A DNA stretch of 64,000 bases from Prolixibacteraceae bacterium (lineage in GTDB: Bacteria > Bacteroidota > Bacteroidia > Bacteroidales > Prolixibacteraceae). The stretch covers positions 22,726 to 86,725 of the forward strand of contig JAVEYG010000015.1 of NCBI GenBank assembly GCA_034003625.1, written 5' to 3'. Positions 17,200 through 27,500 of the stretch are shown here, piece after piece. A program made the position numbers and the translations under genes. The notes beneath the pieces were generated by a model. The model was not told the origin of the DNA. It did no database searches and saw nothing but the letters and a program-made list of their open reading frames with translations. Within the stretch, counting starts at the first letter, position 1. Each line of letters begins with the position of its first letter.

Positions 17200-18081
17200 A
17201 TGAGCTTGAAAATTAAAGAAATATTCAGAGAAACCGGCAGGCAATTCAACGAATTGAAAAAAGGAATTGCCCGGTTTTGGGACAAACACACCATGGGAAT
17301 AACCATGACCTTGTTAGTCTTTGTTTTTTTCGTCGCGCTTTTCTGGAACCGCATTTTTATTTCTATCGATTCCGGAGAGCAGGGAATCCGTTGGTCGCGT
17401 ATTAGCGGTACCCGCCTTGACGAACAGTATGGAGAAGGATTGCACATCATTTGGCCTTGGGACAAAATGTATATCTACACGACACGTATCCAGACAAAAG
17501 GCGGAACCATGCAAATCCTTACGTCGGAAGGGCTTTCGATAAACGTTGAATTTATTTACCGGTTTTATGCCATCAGGGATTCTATTCCGGTCATTCATAA
17601 AAATCTGGGAGTGAACTATGCTGAAACATTTGTGGCTCCTGAGGTGGAAGCCGCTTCAATGTCAATTATCGGTAATTATTCACCGGAAGAACTCTACAAG
17701 GTTTCATCGCTCGTTGTCCAGTCCACCATCAAATATTACCTGAATAAGCAATTGATAGCGCGTAATATTGTCGTAGACGATTACCTGATTAAAAAAATCA
17801 GCCTCCCCGACATTGTTTCTCAGTCCATTGAAAAGAAAATTGTGGCCGAACAATTATCGTATGAGTTTGACTACAAGATTATAACTGAAGAGAAAGAGAA
17901 AAAGCGGAAAGCCATTGAAGCGGAGGGGATTAAAAATTTCGAAGAAATTTCGAACATCCCCATCCTGAAATGGAAAGGATTGGAAGTGACATCGGATTTT
18001 GCCAAATCACAGAACGCCAAAATCATTATCATGGGAACCGGTGATAAGGATTTGCCATTATTATTAAATACAGAAAAATGA
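17200..18081 (+). CDS. SPFH/band-7 (prohibitin/HflC-like) membrane protein
   Basis: One N-terminal TM, then GIRWSRISG..GEGLHIIWPWDKMYIY and a C-terminal coiled-coil (EEKEKKRKAIEAEGI). The stop overlaps the next gene by 4 nt. Confidence 0.7.
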   Translation: MSLKIKEIFRETGRQFNELKKGIARFWDKHTMGITMTLLVFVFFVALFWNRIFISIDSGEQGIRWSRISGTRLDEQYGEGLHIIWPWDKMYIYTTRIQTKGGTMQILTSEGLSINVEFIYRFYAIRDSIPVIHKNLGVNYAETFVAPEVEAASMSIIGNYSPEELYKVSSLVVQSTIKYYLNKQLIARNIVVDDYLIKKISLPDIVSQSIEKKIVAEQLSYEFDYKIITEEKEKKRKAIEAEGIKNFEEISNIPILKWKGLEVTSDFAKSQNAKIIIMGTGDKDLPLLLNTEK

Positions 18082-19061
18082 AAATACTCCTTTTCATCTT
18101 TTTGTCTTTGTCATTCTCACCATTTTGCCTGTCTCAACAGAAACAGTTGAAAAAGGTAAACTTTCTGCCATCATGGGTGGCACAGTCTCAATTTGCCGGG
18201 TATTATATGGCTAAGGAGAAAGGGATCTATGAAAAGTATGGGATGGATGTTACTATTATCAGCGGGGGCTACGATAAACAGGTTAGTGAATATTTAAAAG
18301 AAGGTAAGGCCGATTTTGGAACAATGTACCTGACATCCGCAATAAAGGAGCGTGCAGACAGTATCAATCTTGTCAACATTGGGCAGGTTTTCCAGCAAAG
18401 CGGTATCATGTTCGTTGCCAAAAAAGAGTCGGGTATAGACCGGATCGAAGATTTTTCGGGAAAAAAAATTGCCGTATGGCGGACAGTCCTGGAAGAAATG
18501 ACCGTTGGTTTTCTGAATAAAAACCACATAAACGCCGACGTGATCCGCATCAATGAAGGGGTAAATATTTTTCTGAAAAATGCGGTAGATATCTGTGTGG
18601 GCATGTCCTATAATGAATATAACCGTCTGGTTAATTTTGGGATGAATCGCGACGAGCTGAGTGTTTTTTGTCTGAAAGATTTTGAAATGGGTTTTCCCGA
18701 AGACGGTATTTATTGTATGGAGGAAACGATTCAGGAAGATCCCGTTTTATGTGAAAATTTCGTTAAGGCCTCGATGGAAGGTTGGGAATATGCATTTTCG
18801 CATCGGGAAGAAACCGTACAGGTATTACGTAAAATTCAGAAGCAGGAAAATATATCGGACAACCTGACGCATTTGACATGGATGCTTGATGGAGTCCAAC
18901 AACTTATAAAACCAGCCGGGGAAAAAAATGTCGACGAGGGGGAGCTGTTGAAAACGGATTATGAAAAAGCAGTCAAATTTTTGCTGGATGAAAAGGTGAT
19001 CGATATGGAAACGGAATTTAATAATTTTTACAGAGGTTTCGTAAAAAATGGACAACGGTAA
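18078..19061 (+). CDS. NMT1/THI5-like periplasmic substrate-binding protein (stand-alone)
   Basis: Signal peptide, then LPSWVAQSQFAGYYMAKEKGIYEKYGMDVTIISGG, typical of the nitrate/sulfonate/bicarbonate SBP fold. Confidence 0.6.
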   Translation: MKILLFIFLSLSFSPFCLSQQKQLKKVNFLPSWVAQSQFAGYYMAKEKGIYEKYGMDVTIISGGYDKQVSEYLKEGKADFGTMYLTSAIKERADSINLVNIGQVFQQSGIMFVAKKESGIDRIEDFSGKKIAVWRTVLEEMTVGFLNKNHINADVIRINEGVNIFLKNAVDICVGMSYNEYNRLVNFGMNRDELSVFCLKDFEMGFPEDGIYCMEETIQEDPVLCENFVKASMEGWEYAFSHREETVQVLRKIQKQENISDNLTHLTWMLDGVQQLIKPAGEKNVDEGELLKTDYEKAVKFLLDEKVIDMETEFNNFYRGFVKNGQR

Positions 19062-19992
19062 AAACAATTTAAAAAAGGCATTGTTGGGAATGGTAATCAT
19101 CCTTTCCATCATTCTGGGTTTTTTCCTGGTCTATTACGCCGGGGAAAAAGCTTATAAGGCAATTTTTAAGAAAAAAATCAGGATTGAATATTTCAGCGAT
19201 CGGCTAATTTCAGAAGTAAAAAGAATGAATACCGTAATTAGTGCTGCCCAAAATACTCCTGTCGATTTGGCAACTATTCTTGAATTTCATCCGACCTCGG
19301 AGGAGGAGATGAAAATCCTGCTCCGGTCTGTATTGTTCAATAACGAAGAAATATGTGGTAGCGCCGTGGCTTATGAACCATTTAATTATAACAAAGATTC
19401 GTTGTATTATTCTTTTTATGCATACCGAAGTAATGATTCAGTGACGTTCAGCAATCTGAACGGCCCGGTCTATAACTATTTTTATAAAGACTGGTACCTG
19501 ATTCCCAAAACATTAAAACAGCCCGTCTGGAGTGAGCCTTATTTTGACGAAGGCGGAGGCAATCTTCTGATGTCAACTTATTCCGTTCCATTCTACCAGT
19601 TTTTGGAAAACGGAGAAGAATTTGCCGGGATAGTGACCATCGATGTGTCCATCGAATGGCTTGCCGACGCAGTTGCCTCGGTTGGCAGTATCCTGCATTC
19701 AAGGGCGGCGCTGATTTCCGAGAACGGAACCATTCTGGCCGCTCCTAATCGCGAACTGGTATACAACGAAACCATATTCACCATAGCTGAAGAAAGAAAA
19801 TTACCGGTTTTGCGGGATATTGGCAGAGAATTGCAGCAAGGGAAATCCGGATTCAAAAAAGGGACCGATGAAGGAAAGGTCTGGTACATTTTCTATTCTG
19901 TAATGCCTACAAACGGGTGGGGGATAATTTTATTCGTTTCAGAAGATGAATTGATGGAACGGGAAACAACTTCTTTAAAAGAATTATTGTAA
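19048..19992 (+). CDS. Membrane-anchored Cache-domain protein without an output domain
   Basis: N-terminal TM (ALLGMVIILSIILGFFLVYYAG), then a Cache-like core (VAYEPFNY..DWYLIPK..PVWSEPYFDEGGGNLLMSTYSVPFY..VTIDVS). It ends right after the sensor fold. Confidence 0.6.
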   Translation: MDNGKNNLKKALLGMVIILSIILGFFLVYYAGEKAYKAIFKKKIRIEYFSDRLISEVKRMNTVISAAQNTPVDLATILEFHPTSEEEMKILLRSVLFNNEEICGSAVAYEPFNYNKDSLYYSFYAYRSNDSVTFSNLNGPVYNYFYKDWYLIPKTLKQPVWSEPYFDEGGGNLLMSTYSVPFYQFLENGEEFAGIVTIDVSIEWLADAVASVGSILHSRAALISENGTILAAPNRELVYNETIFTIAEERKLPVLRDIGRELQQGKSGFKKGTDEGKVWYIFYSVMPTNGWGIILFVSEDELMERETTSLKELL

Positions 19993-20011
19993 ATTTTTTA
20001 AACTAAATTGT

Positions 20012-20194
20012 ATGTTTATTCTAATAGCTTATGTCTTTCTTGCATTTGTAGTGGGATTTCTGGGAAGAAGAACTTACCTGGGGTTTTGGGCAAACTTCAT
20101 ATTTGCGCTTTTTTTTACCCCGATTCTTCCGCTGATTTACATTCTGATTGCAAACTACAAAAATAAAAAGGAAGGAACTACCCTTTATAAATAG
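20012..20194 (+). CDS. Small two-TM membrane protein
   Basis: 60-aa hydrophobic ORF that is last in the plus-strand operon. It overlaps the convergent PPTase 3' end by 17 nt. Confidence 0.3.
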   Translation: MFILIAYVFLAFVVGFLGRRTYLGFWANFIFALFFTPILPLIYILIANYKNKKEGTTLYK

Positions 20195-20828
20195 GTTTGA
20201 TTTCAATCAGTTCAACAGTTTCCTGTTTAAGCCCGGAGGCGATGCAACAGGAAATCGAAGGATCGAAACTGAGATGTTGGGAAAACCACCGTTTCCCGTT
20301 AATGATGACTTGTCCGTCTTTTACTTTTACATGGTTTGAAGAAAGCAACGGAAGCCCCCTTCCATCAGCTTTTACAGCGCTTTCCAAAAGCGTCCAATGC
20401 GAATAAAAAGTTTCGGTCGGTTCAACAGAAGTTTCAATTTCTGTCCACACTTCTTCCGGGAAAACGGTTTTAAAATCAGCAAGATCAACAGTTTTTATTT
20501 TTTCAATATCGATACCCACCCGGCAGTTGGTTGAAAAAGCTACCGCCGCACAATAATCTGTATGTGAAATACTGAAGTCGAACGGAGAACCAGGGAAAAA
20601 TGGTTTTCCTGCCTGAGTATATTGAAGGTTTTTAAGCCGATAATCCGGATATCCGTTTTTCGCCAGGGCTTCTTTCAACAAATACGAAGCGGTCAGCAGC
20701 AGCAACCGATCTTCTTCTTTTTTGAAGCCGGCCAGTCGCGATTTCACTTGTTCTGAAAGCGGTTTTACCAGCTCGTTCAATTCGGCCTCTGCAACATACT
20801 CCGTATATGCGTAATAAACTTTAATCAT
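20178..20828 (-). CDS. Sfp-type 4'-phosphopantetheinyl transferase
   Basis: GKPFF..FDFSISHTDYCAAVAFS..VGIDIEKI..WTLLESAVKADG, covering PPTase motifs 1-3. Confidence 0.85.
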   Translation of the reverse strand: MIKVYYAYTEYVAEAELNELVKPLSEQVKSRLAGFKKEEDRLLLLTASYLLKEALAKNGYPDYRLKNLQYTQAGKPFFPGSPFDFSISHTDYCAAVAFSTNCRVGIDIEKIKTVDLADFKTVFPEEVWTEIETSVEPTETFYSHWTLLESAVKADGRGLPLLSSNHVKVKDGQVIINGKRWFSQHLSFDPSISCCIASGLKQETVELIEIKPIYKG

Positions 20829-21519
20829 GTTTTACAAAAGAAAGGCATCTTTCCCGAATCAGCTTACAAATTTCCGGAGTTCGTTCGTAAATGAAAAAAT
20901 GGCCACCTTCGAACCAAAATACTTCTGTTTCTTTTATGGTTTCTTCCTGCCAGCGGCCGGCGTCATCAGCGCTGACTTTTTCCTGTCGTCCAAGCAAAAC
21001 CACAACAGGTACTTCCAGCGGAGGTTCATACCGGTACCGGTAGTTGGCAATCGCCTGAAAATCGGCTTTCACAATCGGAAGGTAGAAATCGAGAAACTCT
21101 TTTTCAGCCAGCAGTTCCTCGGGTGTGCCTTCCATCTCCCGCAATATTTCAATAAACTGATCATCCGGTAAAAGATACCGGTTGTCAGGTTTAACCGAAG
21201 AAGGGGCTGTTTGTCCGGAAACAAAAAGGAGGGAGGGCAACGGTTTTCCCAAACTCCGGATTTCCCTGGTGAGCGTAAAAGCCAGCAAAGCGCCCAGGCT
21301 GTGCCCGAAAAGTGCATATTCACCATTTAATTCCGGTTCGATCTGCCGGAATAAGTCTTCAGTCATTTCGTCAATCGAATAAAGCAGCGGCTCGGTAATC
21401 CTTGTTCCATGGCCCGGCAGTTCCAAATTGAAAAACCGGATGTTGCCGGGCAGTTGTTTTTGGAAGGCTGAATAGGAATAGGCGTTGCCGCCGGAAAAAG
21501 GAATGCAAAACAGGTTCAT
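20821..21519 (-). CDS. Type II (editing) thioesterase
   Basis: 232 aa with LFCIPFSGGNAYSY, GHSLGALLAF (GxSxG) and a C-terminal GGHFF. It overlaps the PPTase start by 8 nt. Confidence 0.85.
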   Translation of the reverse strand: MNLFCIPFSGGNAYSYSAFQKQLPGNIRFFNLELPGHGTRITEPLLYSIDEMTEDLFRQIEPELNGEYALFGHSLGALLAFTLTREIRSLGKPLPSLLFVSGQTAPSSVKPDNRYLLPDDQFIEILREMEGTPEELLAEKEFLDFYLPIVKADFQAIANYRYRYEPPLEVPVVVLLGRQEKVSADDAGRWQEETIKETEVFWFEGGHFFIYERTPEICKLIRERCLSFVKHD

Positions 21520-21598
21520 ATAATGTTTTTAAATTAGTCGATATATAATTTACAATAACTGCTCACTGATAACTGCCACTGGGCACTGCGACTTTTTA

Positions 21599-24500
21599 TT
21601 ATTTCATCAAACGCCTGATGATCCGGTTCGTCAGCCTAGCGTTTTTCTCTATGTTTGGCTGTTTCAGCATGTCCATGTGGCCGCCAAAACCTTCGAAGGT
21701 TTCGTAGGTCGGGCACAGCTCACTCCACGCGCTCCGGCTGATTTTTCGCCCAAAATCAGTGATCTCGTCGTCGGCTTCAATCTGAACAACCGGACAGTTC
21801 AAAAAGCCGGTTTCTGCCCGGGCATTCAGATAACGCCGGTAAGCGACTATTTTTTGCAGCGCCGCATCCTTGATCTCCTCATCCAAAAATTCGGCATGAT
21901 TCTGCTCGATGTACAGCACCGCGTCGTTGAGGTATTCGTTCTCGCTCCATTCAATCACTTCCAGTTGCCGGTAGCTGTCCAGCAGCACGATACCGCCGAC
22001 CGGCTTTCCTCTTTGCTGAAGTTCGAGCGCCACATCGAATGCCATGTTGCCGCCGGCCGAATGCCCAAACAAATAAAAAGCGCCGTCTTTTTGCATGTCG
22101 ATCAGAATGTCGGCCATCGATTTTGCAGGCGTTGCCGACTCGATAAAATTCAATCCGCAAATGGCAAACCGGTCAAAATATTTCGCATATTCCATGTAAG
22201 CGAATGAATAACCAATCCCCGGAGGCATAAAAAAGATTTTCTTTTTCTGTTTCGGGTTGAATAAAATGTAATCAGTCTCCAGATTTTTCAGTCGTTCGTC
22301 TGTTTCCCGGATGACATGGGCCATTTGCCTGATGGTAGGTTGTTCGAAAACCAGGTTCAGGTACGTTTTTTTACCCAGCCGCTTCTGGACTTTCGACATC
22401 AGTTGGATAGCCTTGATGGAATTCCCGCCAGTCTCAAAGAAATTGTCTGTGGCGCCGATCTTTCCCCTTCCAAGAATTTCCTGCCACACTTCGGCAATCG
22501 CTTTTTCTGTCTCGCCTTCGGGTTCCGCATAGTCAAAATGGCCGGCATGGTCCTGTGATCCCGGCTCGGGCAGAGAGCGCAGATCGGCTTTGCCGCTCGG
22601 CGTGCGCGGGAACTGTTCGAGTTTCACAAAATAAGCCGGAATCATGTAAGCGGGAAGCTGGCCTGCTAAATAATTTTTCAGGATAGCAGAGTCCGCCTCG
22701 CCTGAAGTTGTAAAATAAGCAGCAATCTCCTTGTTCTCATCTTCGCCAACCAGTTTTACGGCTGCTTCCTTTATATCAGGATGTTTTTGCAGGCATGATT
22801 CGATTTCGCCCAATTCAATCCGGAAGCCGCGTACTTTCACTTGTCCGTCGTCCCGGCCCAAAAACTCCAGTTCGCCGTTAAAGTTCCATCGTGCCAAATC
22901 GCCGCTTTTATACAACTTCCCATTACCGAACGGGTTGTCAATGAAACGTTCCCGCGTCAAATCCGGTTTGTTCAGATAGCCGTTGGCTACGTTGAAACCT
23001 CCAATGTACAAGTCGCCGGGCAAACCCACCGGGACAGGTTCCATTTTTGCGTCAAGCAGGAAAATTTGGGTATTGTTGATCGGACGGCCGGCGGGAATTT
23101 TCACCGGCTGATTTTTATCTTTTCCGGAGAAAATAAAAGAAGTCACCACGTGGGTTTCCGAAGGGCCGTACTGATTATGGAACCGGAGATGAGGGAACTT
23201 TTTTAATAAACGGACCAGATTTTCATTCATAAAGGGCTGTTCCCCCGAAGTGATCAAATGTTTGAGCGACCGCAGCTGACCCGGGTTTTCCAACCCGCTC
23301 AAAAACACGTTGAGCGCGCTGTAAGGCATGGTCAGGATTTCAATCGATTCCCGTTCGATTATCTCTGCAATCAGGCTCATCTTGTACCGCGTTTCATTTT
23401 CGATCAGGTACAAGGCGCCTGCAGTCGCCATTGAAAACAACATTTCCTGCACCGACACGTCAAAACTATGTGGTGCAAACTGAAGCGTTTTCAATTGTCC
23501 TTCAATAGTTTCCGATTGCCATTCAACCAGATTCAGCAAACATTGGTGCGTGCCCAAAACACCTTTGGGCATTCCCGTCGATCCGGAAGTGTAAATAACA
23601 TAGGCGTTGGCGTTTGGCGCAACAGAAATATCGATATTTGGATCCTCCGAAGCATACTGTCCGAGCATCTCCTCCAACGTTTCTGTTTCAAGAAGCCGTT
23701 CAGGAGAAAACGGAATCGTGCCTTTTAGTTTTTTTGAAGTGATAAGCAGTTTGCACCGGCTGTCTTTTAAAATATATTCAATACGGTTTTGCGGATAATT
23801 TGGATCGACCGGAACATAAACGGCTCCTGCTTTCAGGATCGCCAGCAGCGAAATTACCGACCATTCCGAACGATCTGACAACACGCCGATAAAATCTTCG
23901 GGACAGATGCCCCTTTCGATCATCATGTGGGCCAGCCGGTTGGCCTTTGCATTCAACTCTGCATAATTCAGTTTCCTGCGTTTAAACACGATGGCGGTAC
24001 GATCTGCATTTTGAGCAGCTTGCTTCTCAATCAGCGATACGACGGAGCGGTTTAGCAATTTCCGTTCAATGCCTTTCGACAGGTCCATCAAAGCTGTCTT
24101 TTCTTCGGAAGAGGCGATAGTCAGTTGAGATATTGGTTTTTCCTCGTTGCTCAGGATACCTTCAACCAAAACGGCAAAATGATCGAACATCCGGCGAATC
24201 CGTTCCAGCCGGTACAACGAAGTATTGTACTCGAAGAAATATTTCAGGCAATTTCCGTCGTCATAATAACTAATGGAAAGATCGAACTTACTAAGCGGAT
24301 AATCGTATTCTGCAGGTTCCATTTGCAGGCCGGAGCTTACTTTTACGCTTTCACCAGCCGGCGTTTGGGCGATGAGCATCACATCGAACAGCGGCGAGCG
24401 CGAGAGGTCCCGGTTGAGCTGTAAATCATCCACCAGCATATCGAACGGATACAACTGGTGACTGAACGCTGCAAGCACATTTTCCCGCACTTTCTTCAGA

Positions 24501-27500
24501 AACGATTTAAAACTTTCCTGCTGGTCACATTTATTACGTAAGGCAAGTGTGTTGAGGAAAAAACCGATCTGGTCCTGAATGTCCGGGTGATCGCGGTTGG
24601 CGACCGGCGTTCCAATTACCAAATCGTTTTGTTTGGCATATTTCGAAAAAAGAACATGAAACAACGCCAGCGACGTGATAAACATCGTGGAATGATTGCC
24701 GGCGCTCAACTTTCGGAGCCCTTCAGACAATGAAGCCGGAAGAGCAAACGCTTCAGTCTTTCCTTCGAATGTCTTCACTTTCGGGCGCGGGAAATCGGCC
24801 GGCAAATCCAGCACCGGAACCGGGTCGTTAAATTGTCCGAGCCAATAGTTTTTGTGTTCAACCGCTTGTTCAATCTGTACGTTTTGCCAATGCGCAAATT
24901 CTTTGTATTGAACGGCAGCCGGCGCAAAAATACGTTCATCTTTGGCGATTTTTATTCCGGCAAAATGATCGTAAAATATACCCAGGCGTTTTGCCAGAAT
25001 ATCGATCGACCATTCATCCAGAATAATGTGATGCACGTTGATAACCAGCAAATACTCCGTCCCGTTTTGGTTTTTGATCAAATCCACCCTCATTAGCGGC
25101 GCTTGCGACAGGTCAAAAGGTCGGGTGATAGCATTTTGAATGATGCCGTCCGATTCTTCGGCAAAGTCCTTTTTGCCAGTTATTTCTGAAATTGTGATGG
25201 CAAAACCGGTTTCATCCAAAATCACTTGTTTGGGCTCTCCGTCAATTTCAATAAAGCACGTACGGAGCGATTCATATTTCCTGATCAACGCCTTGAAAGC
25301 TTTTTCCAGGGCTTCCACTTTGATCCCGGATTTCACCGAAAAAACTACCGGGATGTTGTATGCGACCGGATTTTTCTCCACCCGGTTGAAAGTCCACATC
25401 CGACGCTGCGCATGTGAAACATCGTAATATGCTGCACGCGGAAGCGGAGAAAGCGATTGCCGGCTGCCGCTTTCGGCGTTTTTCATAAAAGTTGCAAAAC
25501 GGGCAACCGAAGGATGTTCAAATATCACGGTCAGTGCAAAATCCTGCTTCATCTCCCGGTTGATCTGCGAAATAAGCCGGAGCGCTTTCAGGCTGTGCCC
25601 GCCCAAATCGAAGAAGCTGTCGTATTTGCTGAGCCTTTCCAGGCCAAGCGTCTGTTTCCAGATGGCTGCCAGTTTTTCTTCGGTGGCATCCAGAATTTCG
25701 ATTTCGGCTTCCGCCATCGATCCACCAGTTGTTTCCGGGCCGGGCAGCGCCTTTACATCCACTTTGCCGTTGGGTGTCAGCGGTATGCTGTCTATCTGCA
25801 CAAAATATTGGGGAACCATGTAAGCAGGCATGATTTTTCCCAGGTATTCTTTTAAGTCGTTAACGTCGGTTTCGGGCGCTGTAACCAAGTAGGCTGCAAT
25901 ATTACGGGTTTCGTCTTTTTCTGAAGCGATCACCACTGCATTCTCAACGCCCGGATATCGCCGGATATTGGTTTCAATTTCTCCCAGTTCAATCCGGAAT
26001 CCCCTGATCTTCACCTGCCGATCGATACGCCCCAGGTATTCGAGGTCGCCGGTTTCCGTCCAGCGGCCGAGGTCGCCGGTCCGGTATAATTTTCCCTTTC
26101 CGAACGGGCTTGGCACAAATTTTTCGTTCGTTAACTCTTCTTTGAACAAATAGCCTTTGGCCAACCCGTCGCCTGTGATACAAATTTCGCCCGAATGACC
26201 TGGAGGAACCAGCTTCAGTTTCGGGTCGGTAATATAGACCTGCGTATTCGAAACAGGCTTTCCAATCAGCACTTTTTTATTTTTATTGCTGAAGCGGTAA
26301 ACGGTAGAATAGGTCGTGTCTTCGGAAGGGCCGTACAAATTACGGACTTCAATCCGGTCGCAGTCAATCGCTTCAACCAGCGCCAGTGGAATCTGTTCAC
26401 CTGCCAGGTTGATCGCCGTCAAATGGCTGAAATCATCCGGATTTAGGTCGTCTTTGATGGCAGCCAGCAATGAAGGCACAGTATTGATCAGTACCTTCTC
26501 ATCGTTGGCCAGCCAGTCCGGGATTTCAAGCGCCGATTTCAGCACCCGGATCGTTTTACCGGCAACCAACGAATAAAATATTTCAAATACCGAGAGGTCG
26601 AAACAATACGAAGTGGCGGCATAAACAAGTTCAAAAGGCGTTGTTTTAAACTCAATTCTGCACCATTGCAAAAAGACCGAAAGGTTTTTGTGGGTAATCA
26701 CCACGCCTTTGGGCTGACCGGTACTTCCCGATGTGTAAATAACGTATGCCGGGTCATCCGGGGTGTTGATCACGGATGGATGCTGAGCAGAGAATTTTTG
26801 CAACGCCGGATCATGGATATCCACAATCCGGAATTCCGTCCCTGTTGTTTTGGGCTGAAGTTCTTTTGTCGTAATCAGCGCTTTGGCGCGGCTGTCATTC
26901 AGGATGTAATCAATTCGTTGCTGCGGGTAAGCCGGGTCGATGCCTACATAAGCCGCACCGCTTTTCAGGACGCCCAGCATGGCCACGATCATCGACTCGT
27001 CGCGATCGAGTATAATGCCGATCCGGTCGCCAAATTTTGCAGAACAGGTTTTCCGGAGGAAGTTTGCCAGCCGGTTGGATTTTTCGTCCAGTTCTGCGTA
27101 ACTCATGCTCTTTCCTTTGTACAAAAGCGCTGTTTTTTCCCGGCTTGCCGTGAATGAATTCTGCAACAAATCAAAAACAGAAACGCCTTTGTTAACCTCC
27201 TCATATTGTTGGTTGAAAGTATGGAACAGCTTTTTTTCCGCAGGTAGCAGGAAATCGAGATCACCTATGCGGGCCGAGCGGTTGTTTTTCGTAATAAATT
27301 CAGCCGTTTTAATAAAATGCCCTGCAAAACGTTCGATGCTTTCTTTTTTGAAAAGTGACTTTTTGTATTTAACGGTAATGAAAATTTTGTCCTGCGCTTC
27401 CAAACCGTAAAGCATCAGGTCGTATTCCGACGACAAGATAGTTTCGGCTTTGTAGTCCGAAAGTTGCAGGTCGCCGCCCCGAACTTCCGACAGTTCAAAA

